Below are positions 51,663 through 64,000 of a DNA stretch of 64,000 bases, in pieces (within the stretch, counting starts at the first letter, position 1; every line of letters begins with the position of its first letter). The notes under the pieces were generated by a model. The model ran no database searches. It saw only the letters and a program-made list of their open reading frames with translations, and was not told the DNA's origin. Source of the DNA: Octopus vulgaris. Taxonomy: Eukaryota. The translations under genes and the position numbers were made by a program. The DNA is taken from contig OX597817.1 of assembly GCA_951406725.2 (NCBI GenBank), forward strand, positions 29,388,001-29,452,000, in the 5' to 3' direction.

Positions 51663-52234
51663 TGTTTACTTTATTACTAACACAAGCCACTACGGTTATT
51701 TAATGTAAAGTCTTCCTCAAATCACTCTCTCTCGCTATTTACTCTCTTCCAAGAACATTTTCACTCACTCTTATGTGTTAGCTTCCCATACATTTTACTC
51801 ATGTATCTATCAGCATCATAGACAGAAACAAATATTACATCGCCATCGTCACCGCATTCTATTGTCTACCTATCAACACACTGAATTACTTTCACTTTAT
51901 TCGTAGCACACTGTGTGTGTGCGTTTGCGTGTGCTGTAAACCAGACTAAGAAAAGCATTTGACATACACACCAGAATGTGAGTTTTCTGTAAATTTTGCT
52001 TAATTGGAGTTTAAATTTTAAAAACTGGACCTGGCATGACCCGATGCATTCTACTCTTAAAAATGCTAGGTAAATTGTAATTGAAGAAATCCTATATTGT
52101 AGATTTCTATAAGATACAAAGGGAGGCAGATAAAATCTGCCTTTTATAATAAGAGATATCGTGGGTAATTAAGTGATGGCAGAAGAATATGCTAAAGAAA
52201 GATTTTAATGATTTTGAGGTGGTCAAAAGAGATA

Positions 52235-52891
52235 TATATATATAAAGTAATTTTAGAGACAGAACCACCTTCAACTCAATCAACACAAATATTTTATACC
52301 CGACCACTCCATACAATGTTAAAAATTAATTCTTATAATAACTATATCTATTCTGAATCATGTATTTTCCGTTTATAAGACTACACATGTTTCATGAAAG
52401 TACGTCGGTATTGATTAGATACGAGGTATCTAGTTTCAATACTTACTCATGTCGACATACTCCTAATCTTCAAGTCTGGATTCCTCAACATTTTTCACTA
52501 CTCCTACCTCTTATATACTTCCATTATACTCTATATCTTCAATATAAACTTACTTAACATCTACAAATGAATAGAAATACAAATAATAAAAATAAATAAA
52601 TAAATAAGAATAATAACTGAATATTAAAAATTTAAGGAGTAAACATTTAAGTAATAAAAATTTAAGTAATAAAAACTCAAGTAATAAATATATAAGGGGA
52701 AAAACATTTAAAGAGAAAAAAATACGAGTAAAAATTACGAATAAAGGTTCCGAATAACGAATAAAGAATTGCGAATAAACAAATACGAAATAATAATGAA
52801 ATAAAAATAGAGACGAAAATCAAAACGAATGTTAACTTACCTTTTCTTTCCTCGGCGAAAATTAGACAAAGCTACATCTTGCAAGTAAGGT
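52235..52891 (+). repeat. Unclassified dispersed repeat of about 650 bp, copy 2
   Basis: Colinear with 17535-18152. Confidence 0.8.
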
Positions 52892-52945
52892 AAAATCCGC
52901 GTTTGATAATACCTATGTTTAGGAGGTACTACAAATAAACGTCAG

Positions 52946-53640
52946 AATTTCTTTATTTGGCACCACGGCCACAGTATAGAGGGGGAACAATACAAGGGCA
53001 GACACAACACTACAATGGGGACATAAAATATAAAAGGAATGAAATGGCTGCAGAGGCCCCATTTCCATTTGAACGTTTATACACACTGTTCACAATCGTT
53101 CTATTTTTCTATTGTTTTTTCTTAATCATCTTTTTTCCCTCTTCTTTTCCATTGAAACACTTTTACTTTTTCCTTTTTTTCTTTCAGCAAAATAATTTTA
53201 CTTACTCTTTTTTTTTTACATTTTAATACCTCATGAAAGGCTCCACGTCTCTGAGTTCAAGTACGGTTGGCAGTTCATCGAACTCCAACAATACTCCGGG
53301 CGGGTCAATCTTGTCTCCGCACATGTCACTCAGTCTATTGTATGTGTCTTTGTCGACCACAATGGCCTTTCTATTTTCTGAATATATATCCGTGGGCAAC
53401 TTCACTCTTATGATATGCTTAAATTTTACAATTTTTCTTTCCACCTCTTTGTTTAATGCATATGTTACGAAGTTCCATTTATTTTTTCCTCTTCTTGGTT
53501 TTCTCTTTTCTACTATTTCTGGTACCTTTTCCTTTTCTATCTCCACTCCGAACAATTTTTTCCATTTCATCCTCATACAGTTGCACTCCTGAAAGTTTCT
53601 CCTTCGCTGAATAAACCGGCGTCTACAAGACTAAATTAAA
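52946..53640 (-). mobile_element. Possible Tx1/L1-like retroposon 3' portion with an open 117-aa frame
   Basis: ORF 53576-53223 is non-repetitive, followed by a 3' UTR ending TGTCTGCCCTTGTATTGTTCCCCCTCT...AATAAAGAAAT, similar to the SINE-B tail. Clade assignment is inference. Confidence 0.45.
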
Positions 53641-53664
53641 ACACCTTTTTACACTAAATTATTG

Positions 53665-55750
53665 ACCCACTAAACAACAATGGAGCACAATATTATTGAA
53701 TTATGACTACAAAATGGAATATTTACCCTAAAAAACCTAAGGTATGCGGATGGCATGTCCAGACTGATACTGAAACACCGCGAGCCATTCAAACATATGG
53801 TAATCGCAGCTTTAAGAGTAGAAGGAGAAATAAAAAATGCAATGAGAAATGTGGTACGCAAAATAACAGTAACCCTAGAAGACATAAAGCGAAATGTAGT
53901 AAAAGACAGATTCATAAGAGAAGTGAAAAGAACATTGTGGTCAGAAAATGTAAATAGGAATAATATTGGTGCGAAACAAAACCAAGACGTGAACCTATAC
54001 TCAATGTGTGATGGTGTACAGAGAGTAGTGATACTTGAAACACTACGAAAGAAAATGTCGAGGGAATTTCATTTTGGACATCCTGATATTTCGAGGATGA
54101 AAGCTTTAGGATCTTTTCGGTTTGAACGGCAGTTTTTAACATAATTTCTAGGTAACTAAAAAATTTTAAACTGGTAGAATGTGTTTATAAAACATCTTTT
54201 TCTCTTGGCTTTATTGAGAACATTCTATAGTTTGTAAGATATTTGTTGTTTTTTTTTCTTCTATTTCTGCAATTTCAACCAATCACTGACGTCTATGTCC
54301 CTCGTTTAAGAAACAGATTGGGTTTATTCACATTTGTGAAGAAAAAAAAATACCCTTCCCCTAATCCTAACTAACTCTAAACCTAAAACAGATTGAAATG
54401 CAATAGATCGATACTAGGGTCATAATTATGGTTGTCAATTTCATATGACACCGCTAGAATAAACTGCCGTTCAAACCGAAAAGATCCAAGCTTTAGTGTG
54501 CAGCTGTGAGTACTGGCCAAAACTAGATACAGAAATCGAAAATTTAGTGATAGGCTGTTGAGGATGTGCTCTAGTAGCAAAATTACCGATGATAAAAAGT
54601 GAACCTTGGCCAAAAGTAAATGTTCAGTAGTCGAGACTACACATCGATTTCGCTGGTCCTTTAAACGGTTCAACTAGTTAGTGGTAGCTGATAGTTTCTC
54701 CAAATGGCCAGAAATTTGTAAGTGCAAAAAACCAACCTCTTCAACCGTGACAAATTTTTTATGTGAGCTGTTTGTGAGATTTGGCGTCCCAGACGCCATG
54801 GTGTCTGATAATGGGATGCAATTTGTGTCTCGAATTCTGCAAAACGTTTGCTGTAGAACATGTAACTACGGCGTCATACCGTACTGGATCTAGTGGACGA
54901 GCCGAACGCTTTGTCGATATATTCAAGGGAACCCCTAAGGAAGTCAAATAAGGAAGTCATGGATGAGTTAGATCTGCAACAATTCTTAAGTGTATATCGT
55001 GTGACAGCAAATTCAAATATATCTGTATGTATGTCACCAGAAGAGCTTATGTTTTCAAGGAAAATAAAATCAGTCTTCGACAAATTACTCGTTGGTAAGA
55101 AAAGAAAAATTGCAAAGGAAAATGCAGCAACATCTTTCAGAATTGGTGAAAATGTATTTGTGAGGGCATCTAAGAATGGAAAACAGAGTTGGGTAGATGG
55201 CGTGATTACCAAACACATAAAATAAATGCTATACTTGGTAGAAAGTAGAAAAGGCGTATACAAGAGACACATGAACCAGCTGGAAAAAGATTCGTTGACA
55301 GCGAACCCAAGAGAATGGAAGAATCAATGGAATGCTTATAAGATACTTTTCAAGTACAATGCTACCACAGGTGATTAAACCCAGACGCACAAACGTAAGA
55401 AAAATGTATGGAGTTCCTGGGAGTAGATGCCAAATGGAAAATATATTAAATGTGTAACTAAGAAAAAGAACCAAAAAAGGGAGGTCGGGTGATATAAAAA
55501 GTATTGCTATTAAAAGAAATAAAATGACATTCTCTAAGAAAAAAAGAAAAATCTGAAGGGGAGATGTTGTGGGGATAATAGAAATAATAGTACACCCCTC
55601 TCACGTGACAAGTGGTTTGTGACAGTCATTATAAATAAGGTGATGTCAGCCAGTATATATAGAGAAAGTACGAAGTAGACGCTCATAGATAGTCGTGGTC
55701 TTCCTTGTCTAACTATACTGCTGATATAGTTTTTGCAAGGTAGTGAACAT
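53665..55750 (+). mobile_element. Gypsy/Ty3 LTR retrotransposon remnant (RNase H end, integrase, PPT, 3' LTR)
   Basis: LLNYDYKMEYL...ADGMSRL, HFGHPDISRMKAL, YWPKLD..C..C, LHIDFAGP, DSFSKWPE, FGVPDAMVSDNGMQF; PPT GAAGGGGAGA then TGT at about 55565. Multiple stops and frameshifts; LTR end approximate. Confidence 0.9.
54109..54487. mobile_element. GGATC-TIR MITE nested in the Gypsy integrase HHCC region
   Basis: Perfect 8-bp TSD AAGCTTTA at 54101-54108 and 54488-54495. Confidence 0.93.
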
Positions 55751-56282
55751 TTGTGAAAAATATTTTTTCGAAGTCAAAAGTGCCGTAAATATTACACACT
55801 GTACTCCACCTATCCCTACTGGAAACTGGAAAAACAGACTTTCGGAAATAGCTGCTTGATTTTTTCTGTTTTTATCAGGATTTCCCCCACTTATTTTTCT
55901 TGCATTGCAAAGCAAAACAATGAAGAGAAATCGTTTTGAAAGAAGAATCCATGTCTTTTAAATGTTAGTGTCTCTATCCCCCCCCCACACACACACATCA
56001 TGTGTTTGGAACAGCAACAACCATAAAAATGATTTCTTTTCTTTTTCGAAATTTTCTGTCATGCTATCTTATTCCACATTCTGAAACATTTGCAGCTTGC
56101 ATTAAAAGGAAAAAAAAACTTACCCCTTCTTCCCCACTTCTTTGTACTTTTCACAATGAAAGAAAAGTCAAATATTGCAAGTGGGTGTGTGAAAAACGAA
56201 ATTTGAATTTTGAAAGTGTACCTAAAAGCGACATTTTCAGTCATTATTTAAACTTTCTCTGCTAATTCTTCAAATTCAATTA

Positions 56283-56941
56283 CCGTAAATCCTCGAATAT
56301 AGTCCGCCCTTGAGTATATATATTTTTTTACTACCCACAAGGGGCTAATCACAGAGAGGACAAACAAGGACAGACAAACGGATTAAGCCGATTACATCGA
56401 CCCCAGTGCGTAGCTGGTACTTAATTTATCGACCCCGAAAGGATGAAAGGCAAAGTCCGCTCTTGAGTATAATACGCAGGGGATTTTTAGGGGGCTGTAC
56501 CACTGGAAAACCTAAACCTTGTGTATAATACGCACCCCTTCTCTAACTTGAGTAAAGGAGGTCTATATAACGTCTTTGGTTTGTAAAAATGTATACGATA
56601 ACGTCCTTTATTATTATGGTATATATATAACATAATGCAAAAGTGTAGCATTTTTGTGCATTTTGTTTGCAGAAATAACAGTAATAACGTTTAATAAATG
56701 TTGCTTACTGCAAGTTATGGATGATTTTTTTTATGACTTCATTGCTTTCAAGCTTAGCTTAAGGTATTTTTGCGCCCGACATCACAACATGCGTCTGAAT
56801 AAACATTGCCGTACAGCAAATAGAGATTCGGACATTACTTAGAAAATAACTTACATTTTTAACCTCGTATATAGTACGTATTAGGGATTTTGACATTTAA
56901 ATTTTGGGATAAAAATGCGGGTTATACTCGAGGATGTACGG
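56283..56941. mobile_element. Tc/pogo-like MITE with nested SINE-B fragment (about 56322-56455)
   Basis: TA|CCGTAAATCCTCGAATATA ... TATACTCGAGGATGTACGG|TA; the SINE piece is flanked by duplicated AGTCCGCYCTTGAGTATA. Confidence 0.85.
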
Positions 56942-57074
56942 TACATGAAATAGATGGGTTTCGAGATTTGAATTTGGTAATTTGCTCAGATTTTACTTCT
57001 TGTGTATAAGGGGCCCACCAAACTTGAAGTTCCACGGGCCCCCCCACCATGATTTAAATCCGGTCTTGGTTTAT

Positions 57075-57385
57075 AGGTGCTAGAACACCCTACCTACAAC
57101 CCAGATTTCGTCCCTTCCGACTATGATATCTTTGGACCGCTCAAAGATGGTTTACGAGGTCGCCGACTTCTTACGGATGATGTGCAGGAAGCGGTGCATA
57201 AATGGTTGAATGACCAACCGAAAGACCTTCTTCTTAGAGGGAATACGCAAGCTTGTGAACCGCTAGACCAGGTGCGTCGAAAAACAAGGAGACTATATAG
57301 AAAAATGACATACTTGTTTATCCCTTGCTTTTGTGTAAATACATTGTAAAAACAAGAGTGTATAATTTTTTTATTCTTCCTCGTA
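57075..57385 (+). mobile_element. mariner 3' portion
   Basis: LEHPTYNPDFVPSDYDIFGPLKDGLRGRR (YSPDLAPSDY motif), ending CCTCG|TA. Confidence 0.88.
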
Positions 57386-57403
57386 CATATATACATACAT
57401 GAT

Positions 57404-57404
57404 C

Positions 57405-57496
<92 letters not shown>

Positions 57497-57579
57497 GTAT
57501 ATGTAGGTGTGTGTGTGTGTGTATATATATATATGTATGAATATATATATATATGTATATATATATGTATGTATATATG

Positions 57580-57618
<39 letters not shown>

Positions 57619-57730
57619 CATATATATGTATGTATATATGTATATATATATGTATATATATATATATGTATGTATATATATATATATATATATATGTGTA
57701 TATATATATATGTATATATATATATATGTA

Positions 57731-57766
<36 letters not shown>

Positions 57767-57780
57767 TGTATGTATGTAGG
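57404..57780. repeat. (ATCT)n followed by a TA/ATGT compound microsatellite
   Basis: Seen directly. Confidence 0.95.
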
Positions 57781-57899
57781 TGTACACACACATATGAGAA
57801 AGTGGCATTCAATATAAAAAGTACAGAGAGGAAATGCATGTAGTTATAAACTTCTGCCACATATTAAGCTGATATCATTCATGTCATATAGTCTCATTC

Positions 57900-57936
<37 letters not shown>

Positions 57937-57954
57937 TATAGGGCATTAATATAT

Positions 57955-58670
57955 TTATTTCTTTATTGCCCACAGGGGGCTAAACGTAGAGGAGACAAAC
58001 AAGGACAGATAAAGGGATTATGTCGATGACATCGATCCCGGTGCGCAACTGGCACTCAATTTATCGATCCCGAAAGGATGAAAGATAAAGTCGACCTCTG
58101 CGGAATTCGAACTCACAACCGAAAGACATACAAAATACCGCTGAGCATTTCGCCCATCGTGCTAACGTTTCTGATTTCTTTACTGTCTACTAGGAGCTAC
58201 AGGCAGAGGGGACAAACAAGGACAGACAAAGAGATCAAGTTGATTATACCGACCCCAGTGCGTAACTGGCACTCAATTTATCGACCCCAGAAGGATGAAA
58301 GGCAAAGTCGAGCTCGGCGGAATTCGAACTCAGAACGTAAAGACAGACAAAATACCTATTTCTTTACTACCCACAAGGGGCTAAACACAGAGGGGACAAA
58401 CAAGGGCAGACAAACGGATTAAGTCGACTATTTCGACCTCAGTGCGTAACTGGTACTTAATTTATCGATCTCGAAAGGATGAAAGGCAAAGTCGACCTCG
58501 GCGGAATTTGAACTCAGAACGTAACGGCAGATGAAATACGGCTACGCATTTCACCCGGTTCTGCCAGCTCGCCGACTTTTATTGAACTCAGAACGGCAGA
58601 ACGTTACGGCAGACGAAATACAGCTACGCATTTCGCCCGGCGTGCTAACGTGTCTGCCAGCTCACCGACT
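57955..58670 (-). mobile_element. SINE family B tandem multimer (3 units plus a partial head duplication)
   Basis: Three GGATGAAAG(G/A)..AAAGTCGA units; junctions at about 58170 and 58355. Confidence 0.88.
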
Positions 58671-59155
58671 TAGGACATTAATATATTGTAATATAGTAAG
58701 ACATTCATTTGCAGTTAAAATTTACATAGACAGACGGAACAAATAAATTCAGCGAATGAAATCGTCGCAATAAACAGAATGAAAGAGGTAAATTGACAAT
58801 GTCATCTGATAAACTAAAAAGATAGTGAATACGTGACAAGAGATTTAATATCACAATAGCCGTACATACAGATATATATGTGTATGCATACAGGCACAAA
58901 CGGAACAGAATGTGAACAGATGATAATCATTCATGCACATATACCTATATGTTTATATCTACCTATGTATATATAATATGTATGCGTGTGTGCACGCGCG
59001 CGCGCACACACAAACATATATTTCATTTATATAAGTATATACACACAAAAATATACTTAAATTAATCCTTCATAAATCGTGCAAGTAATTTAAATATCCA
59101 ATATACTCTACATTTCTTGATAGCGACATAAGCTGACGCAACATATTTATACAGT

Positions 59156-59218
<63 letters not shown>

Positions 59219-59255
59219 CATACATATATACACACATGCATACATACACACACAT

Positions 59256-59296
<41 letters not shown>

Positions 59297-59329
59297 ATAT
59301 AAAAGAGTGAAAAAACTACAGAAGGCTTG

Positions 59330-60880
59330 TGTTATAAGGTTAAAGAATATATTTAAGTCGTTATGTTAGAAAAATGTCATAAAATTTTGTGCATAATAAC
59401 ATAGTTTTTGGAGAAATAATCGGTTTCGTATTTTCTTTTCAAATTTCTTTACCTACATCGTGTCATGTCTCCGCTATGTTGTGAAATATGGTGTTCGAGA
59501 CAGGGGAAGGTAATCAGGGATTTATTCCGGTATAAAGGAGATAATCAAACATGTTGGGTATGACTAAATAAACATTAGTTTAGAAGGAATAGAATGTTGT
59601 TAGGTTTTTCTTTATATTTTTTTCAATGAGATGAGTTTCCTTGTTTAAAAATGCTAGAAATGGTTAAGATTTGACTTACATTTTTCAATGAAGAATGTTT
59701 CCTTGTTTAATCTAACTTGTGCTGGTGTTACAATAGCACATTGATAGAATGAAAAAATTATAAATTGCGGTAGTAGCTGCTTTGCGCATTTCTCAATATG
59801 TTCACTAAAGGGTATCATTCTGTATTCTGGGAATGTAATCTGTTGTCGATGCAGAATGCATCTGCATCTGAGCGATGATCCCGTGGACACTATGTAGTTT
59901 TGGTGGCAGCCTAAGCATCTTATGACATAAATTAGGTTTTCTGAAGCACAAGTAAAATTAGATTTGATCTTGAATTTTTGTCCCTCTTTGAAGAGGAATT
60001 CTGATCCTTCTAGAAGGTTTGGGCATGTTGCGCAGTTTGATCTACCACATTTTTTGCTTTTGCATCCGTTATTTCAGAAAACAATTTTGCCTTTGTGAGG
60101 ATCTTTTTTTTAGCGATTTAGGTTGTTTGTAGCTTTTGATGATTTTATGTATGTTTAAACTTTCCTTTAATTTGGGGTCCTTATGTAGCATGGGTAAATT
60201 CTGGGTGATGTTGGTGAAGGCTCTTTGTTTCTGGGGTTGTATGTGGATATGTACGGCAGTATTTTCGGGGAAGATGTGTTGCTGTGTTGAATTTTTCTTC
60301 AGGTTTCTATGTCGATTTCTGTTGCACGGCTGATTCCATCCTCTATGAGTTGAACTGGGTAGCGTCTGTCAATTAGGGTGCTTTTGAGTTCTTGTAGTCT
60401 AATGTTTCTGGTATTTTGTTCTGACACTATTGTGCATATCCTTCTTGCAAGGTTGAGGGGATGTTTGTTTTAGTGTGTCTTGGGTGGAATGAATAAAAAA
60501 GTAGATATTGTTTGGTGTCAGTGGTTTTGTAACATATGTCCGTTTTTATTTTTAGGTTTATTTTTTTTATTAGTATATCTAAGAATGGAAGCTCCTTTTG
60601 GTTGTATTCCATTGTGAAATGTATATTTGGGTTGACACTGTTCAATAGGCTTTTGAATTTTAGGAGTTTATCTGTGTTTTTATTCCAGAGTACAAAACAG
60701 TTGTCTAGGAATCTTTTCCAATTCTCTTTTATGTATTGGGAAAGGTGGTTTCCAAAGGTAGATAAAGATTCCTGGTATATTATTACCTCCAGGTAGCCCA
60801 TTGTTAGGTTCGCAATGACTAGTGCTGCCCTAGTACCCATAGTAATTTCGGATTTTTGACGGTAAAACGTATTGTCAAAC
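59330..60880 (-). mobile_element. Penelope-like element remnant (RT and GIY-YIG)
   Basis: FDNTFYRQKSEITMGT..ANLTMGYLE, WKRFLDNCF, FTME..LPFLDILI, YKTTDTKQYL..SFHP; downstream FTCASENLIYVIRCLGCHQNYI endonuclease motif; frameshifted. Confidence 0.9.
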
Positions 60881-60901
60881 ACACACACACATATATATAT
60901 A

Positions 60902-61110
60902 ACGGGAAGCTTTATGAAAATAAACAAAAGACGAAGGCAGGTGGAGTACAAACAAACAATTGTATTAGTATGGCGCTCAGGAATATAAACAAAACAAGTC
61001 TTTTACGTTTCGAGTCTACGCTCTTCAACAGAAAGATACACAGAAAAGAAACACGGAGAGAAACAAGGAGAGAAAAAAATGCGTGCAGAAGCTAGCGATT
61101 CAACATGGCG
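60902..61110 (-). mobile_element. Penelope-like terminal repeat fragment
   Basis: Homologous to 20198-20375; minus strand TGAAGAGCGTAGACTCGAAAC hammerhead-like core. Confidence 0.6.
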
Positions 61111-61121
61111 ATCTATATATA

Positions 61122-61316
61122 TATTAACCGCACGCATATTCATATCGTTGGTAGACAGGAATCACCTGCTATGGACACCGGAGCTGGCAGATCCCTTGAT
61201 TTTGAGGTACTGCGTCTCTTCAACGGCAGCTGCCACCAGCTCACCGCAAACCAGCTAAATCTCACTGATAACGATACATAGCATTATGCATATAAATAAC
61301 ATACATGCGGTTAATA
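61122..61316. mobile_element. Small MITE-like element
   Basis: TATTAACCGCACGCATATT pairs with AACATACATGCGGTTAATA; inner ATCGTT/AACGAT pair. Confidence 0.55.
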
Positions 61317-61689
61317 GATGTATTGGTAATATAGATATAATGATAAGCTTTACAAATATCTTGATTATGTTCCTTTTCAGAGATTTGGATATTTTTTTGC
61401 TTGATGATTATTTTAGCTAAATTTAGATTATTTATTAAGATGATTAATATGATGATTATTTTAGCTAAATTTAGATTATTTTGATATTTCTTAGTCTCTT
61501 ATGACAAAAATGTCGGGGAAATTGTCGGTTTATTAAAGATTTCCATGCTGTATCTATGCCTGCATTTTTAGTGAAAATTTCCATCGGATGTATGTTCAGT
61601 CTCAGTTGTTATTCTTGAAGTGTAGAGAAGTGTCTATGGGGTTTGGAGAGTAATAGAATATCCCCCTCCTCTAGATTGAAGAGTGAAAT

Positions 61690-62190
61690 ACATAGACACA
61701 ATCACGATTCCTTGCCATATACTCTGGCCTCATGTTCCACTAGGGCCATCCACATCTAGTTTTTGATGTTATCTTAACGTCTTCGTCTCTTAGCCATAAG
61801 CTTATTTCCCATTCATCTAGACTTAGCGGATGTAAGCACGGAGATTCTGTGTCTTAATAACGTAGTCAAAATATTGAGGTTTTCACCACCTGATACTTAC
61901 CAACTGCTTTTGTTCTGAATCATTTGTTCTCCAAGCCGCCCAACTGATCCCCAGCATCGACTTTAGCTTGTCATCTTGCACGTCCCCACTCTCGTCACTT
62001 GGTGTCAGCCATCGTTAGATTCCTTGATTCACAGCCATACAACGCATTTGATGCATTTGCTCAGGGAGCAGTTTCTCCGTGTTGTATTGAGTGACCTCAG
62101 AGCTAAATTCGCTACACCAAATTTTGCTACAGATTCTTGGTTGCCGTCTGCTGATTGGTCACCAGAAGTGCCTAAGTAACTGAACTTCTC
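61690..62190 (-). mobile_element. Highly decayed RTE ORF2 fragment
   Basis: Weak residual similarity to the 34430-34830 remnant (GATGACAAGCTA) in pyrimidine-rich sequence. Confidence 0.35.
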
Positions 62191-62222
62191 AGTCCTTTCC
62201 TATATATATATATATATATATA

Positions 62223-62525
62223 TCTTTATATATAAAAGTGAAATTGTGTGAGTGTCTGTCTCCTACGATTTAGATTCCTAACTACTCCCACATTTTGCGG
62301 TGCAGTTTAACCAAAAGCGGGTATCTTATAGTCGTGATTCATATCGAGCCCTTCTGGGTATTAGTGCGCGTCTACGATGAGTCTACGATTTAAAAAAACA
62401 TTTACCATCATTTTTTCCCATTTTTAATGCATTTTTTTGCTATTATATAAGGGAAGTAACTCTCTAAAAATGCTTATATAGTTATTTCCCTTACAAAGCC
62501 GAGCAACGCCGGGCGATACTGCTAG
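62223..62525 (+). mobile_element. Non-autonomous Helitron H1 inserted in a TA repeat
   Basis: A|TC...CCGAGCAACGCCGGGCGATACTGCTAG|T. Confidence 0.9.
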
Positions 62526-62573
<48 letters not shown>

Positions 62574-62587
62574 TGTATGTATATATG

Positions 62588-62618
<31 letters not shown>

Positions 62619-62622
62619 CTTA

Positions 62623-63155
62623 CAGGGTGCGATGAATAAACTGTCGTCTAAATTACGCAAAAATGAAAATAACACTGACATCTCATTTTAAGAGATATAT
62701 TTATCAAAATTACATAAAAATATCTTGAAATAATATCGCCATTGGCTTCAACCACGGCCTCCAGACGACCTCGAAACCTCCTGCAACTCTTCAGGGCGGT
62801 CTCCTTGTTTAGGTTGGTGAATGCTGCCATAATCCTTGCCTTCAGTTCATCTTTAGTGTATGTTACAAGGAGTTTTGTTGGTCTCTCGCTCAACTGCACC
62901 CCACATGTTAAAATAAAGGGAGTTGCAGTCTAGGGAGTTAGTTGGCCAGATGTTAGAGGTGAAGTGGTCGCAGAAATTCTCTGACAGTCATCATTGGATT
63001 CTCCTGCTTGTGTGGCATGGTGCAGAGTCATGTTGCCAGACATTGGGTCTTCTAGCAGCCATCTTCTTGACCCAGGGCAGCACGACCTCCTCCAGGCACT
63101 TGATGTAGGCCTCTGTTGAGTCTGAGACCGTGTATGAAAATGAATGGAAGCATAA
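62623..63155 (-). mobile_element. maT/DD37D transposon 3' portion
   Basis: Minus strand WQHDSAPCHTSRRIQ**LSENFCDHFTSNIWPTNSLDCNSLY: 37 residues from the second Asp to the (mutated) third Asp position. Terminal TA|CAGGGTGCG. Confidence 0.85.
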
Positions 63156-63504
63156 TGTCTTCAGTTATCGGGCCAAGCTACTGAATAATTGTAACATTAT
63201 ATTTACAGATAAATTACTCTATTTACATAATATCGAGGTCTCTTTCATTCTTTTGTTGTCTTACAATTTCTATCAATACTTACTTATACATACATACATA
63301 TATATATATTACGGAGATGTACTTGCAGAGCAAGTGACCTGATCTGAGATCGTGTGTTGGAACGAAAACAATTGCTGTGTGGAAGGTGTTTATAAGCCAT
63401 TTAAGAAACACACAAAACCGTTAGATTCACTTCAACATTTAAATTTAATTTGCCAAAATATTTTCGTCGCTTTGAGACCTCGACCTGTTCACTGACAAAA
63501 TGCC

Positions 63505-63554
<50 letters not shown>

Positions 63555-63558
<4 letters not shown>

Positions 63559-63830
63559 CATTCCGTTGGTTATGACGACGTGTGTTTCAGTTGATGCGAT
63601 CAACGGAATAATCCCCTGGTGAAATTAACGTGCAAGTAGCTGAGTACTCCACAGACACGTGTACGTAGTTCTCAGGGATATACAACGTGACACAGAATGG
63701 GACAAGGCTGGCCCTTTGAATTACAGGTACAATTCATTTTCACCAGCTGCGCGGACTGGAGCAACAGGAAATAAAGTGTCTTGTTCAAGGATACAACGTG
63801 CCGTCAGGAATCGAACTCACGATTATGTAA
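63555..63830 (-). mobile_element. CORE-type SINE family D, head truncated
   Basis: Minus strand GAGTTCGATTCC (B box) then CCTTGAACAAGACACTTTA (CORE-like); decayed relative at about 19820-20165. Confidence 0.7.
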
Positions 63831-64000
63831 CCCTGCGCTCTTCAGAGATAGCTGTTATGGAATTAAGTATGGCGACTGATTTCTATTGTTGGTGGTGAAA
63901 GGACACATCTGGTTTGTGGATGCTGTGAAAAAGATGATGAAACGAATCTAGCTGGGGATTAAGTTAAAAGTTATGACCCCTGATACGAAAAGCATCAACT

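Noticed and set aside
52918-52936. U2 snRNA-like TTGTAGTACCTCC next to the Tx1-like tail
   Set aside because: Only about 12 matching bases and no other U2 sequence; compatible with chance.
61402-61482. 32-bp direct duplication
   Set aside because: Local slippage in AT-rich sequence with no further structure.

Overview
AT-rich, repeat-dense eukaryotic DNA, most likely from an octopus or related coleoid cephalopod (inferred from the SINE repertoire and the TA/CA/ATGT microsatellite load). No intact protein-coding gene is supportable; nearly all listed ORFs are microsatellite or repeat artefacts. The window holds: many copies of at least four tRNA-derived SINE families; RTE, CR1, Penelope and possible Tx1/L1 retroelement remnants; a decayed Gypsy pol with its 3' LTR; several mariner and maT fossils; piggyBac, hAT, Tc/pogo and GGATC-TIR (8-bp TSD) MITEs; and non-autonomous Helitrons. 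There is also a probable multi-exon pseudogene (about 44.7-49.1 kb, minus strand) and a promoter-like motif cluster near 36.2 kb. The most unusual items are: (1) a 124-bp cassette flanked by 7-bp direct repeats and bounded by inverted repeats, carrying an exact 36-bp copy of a sequence 2.7 kb away; (2) a near-full-length U6 snRNA fused to a LINE/SINE-type 3' tail whose stem covaries with the local SINE tail; (3) an anomalous GC/CpG-rich island at 1.05-1.35 kb; (4) a perfect 161-bp palindrome; (5) a likely SINE-LINE tail partnership and recurrent SINE multimer junctions. All calls were made by eye, with no database searches, and coordinates of decayed elements are approximate.
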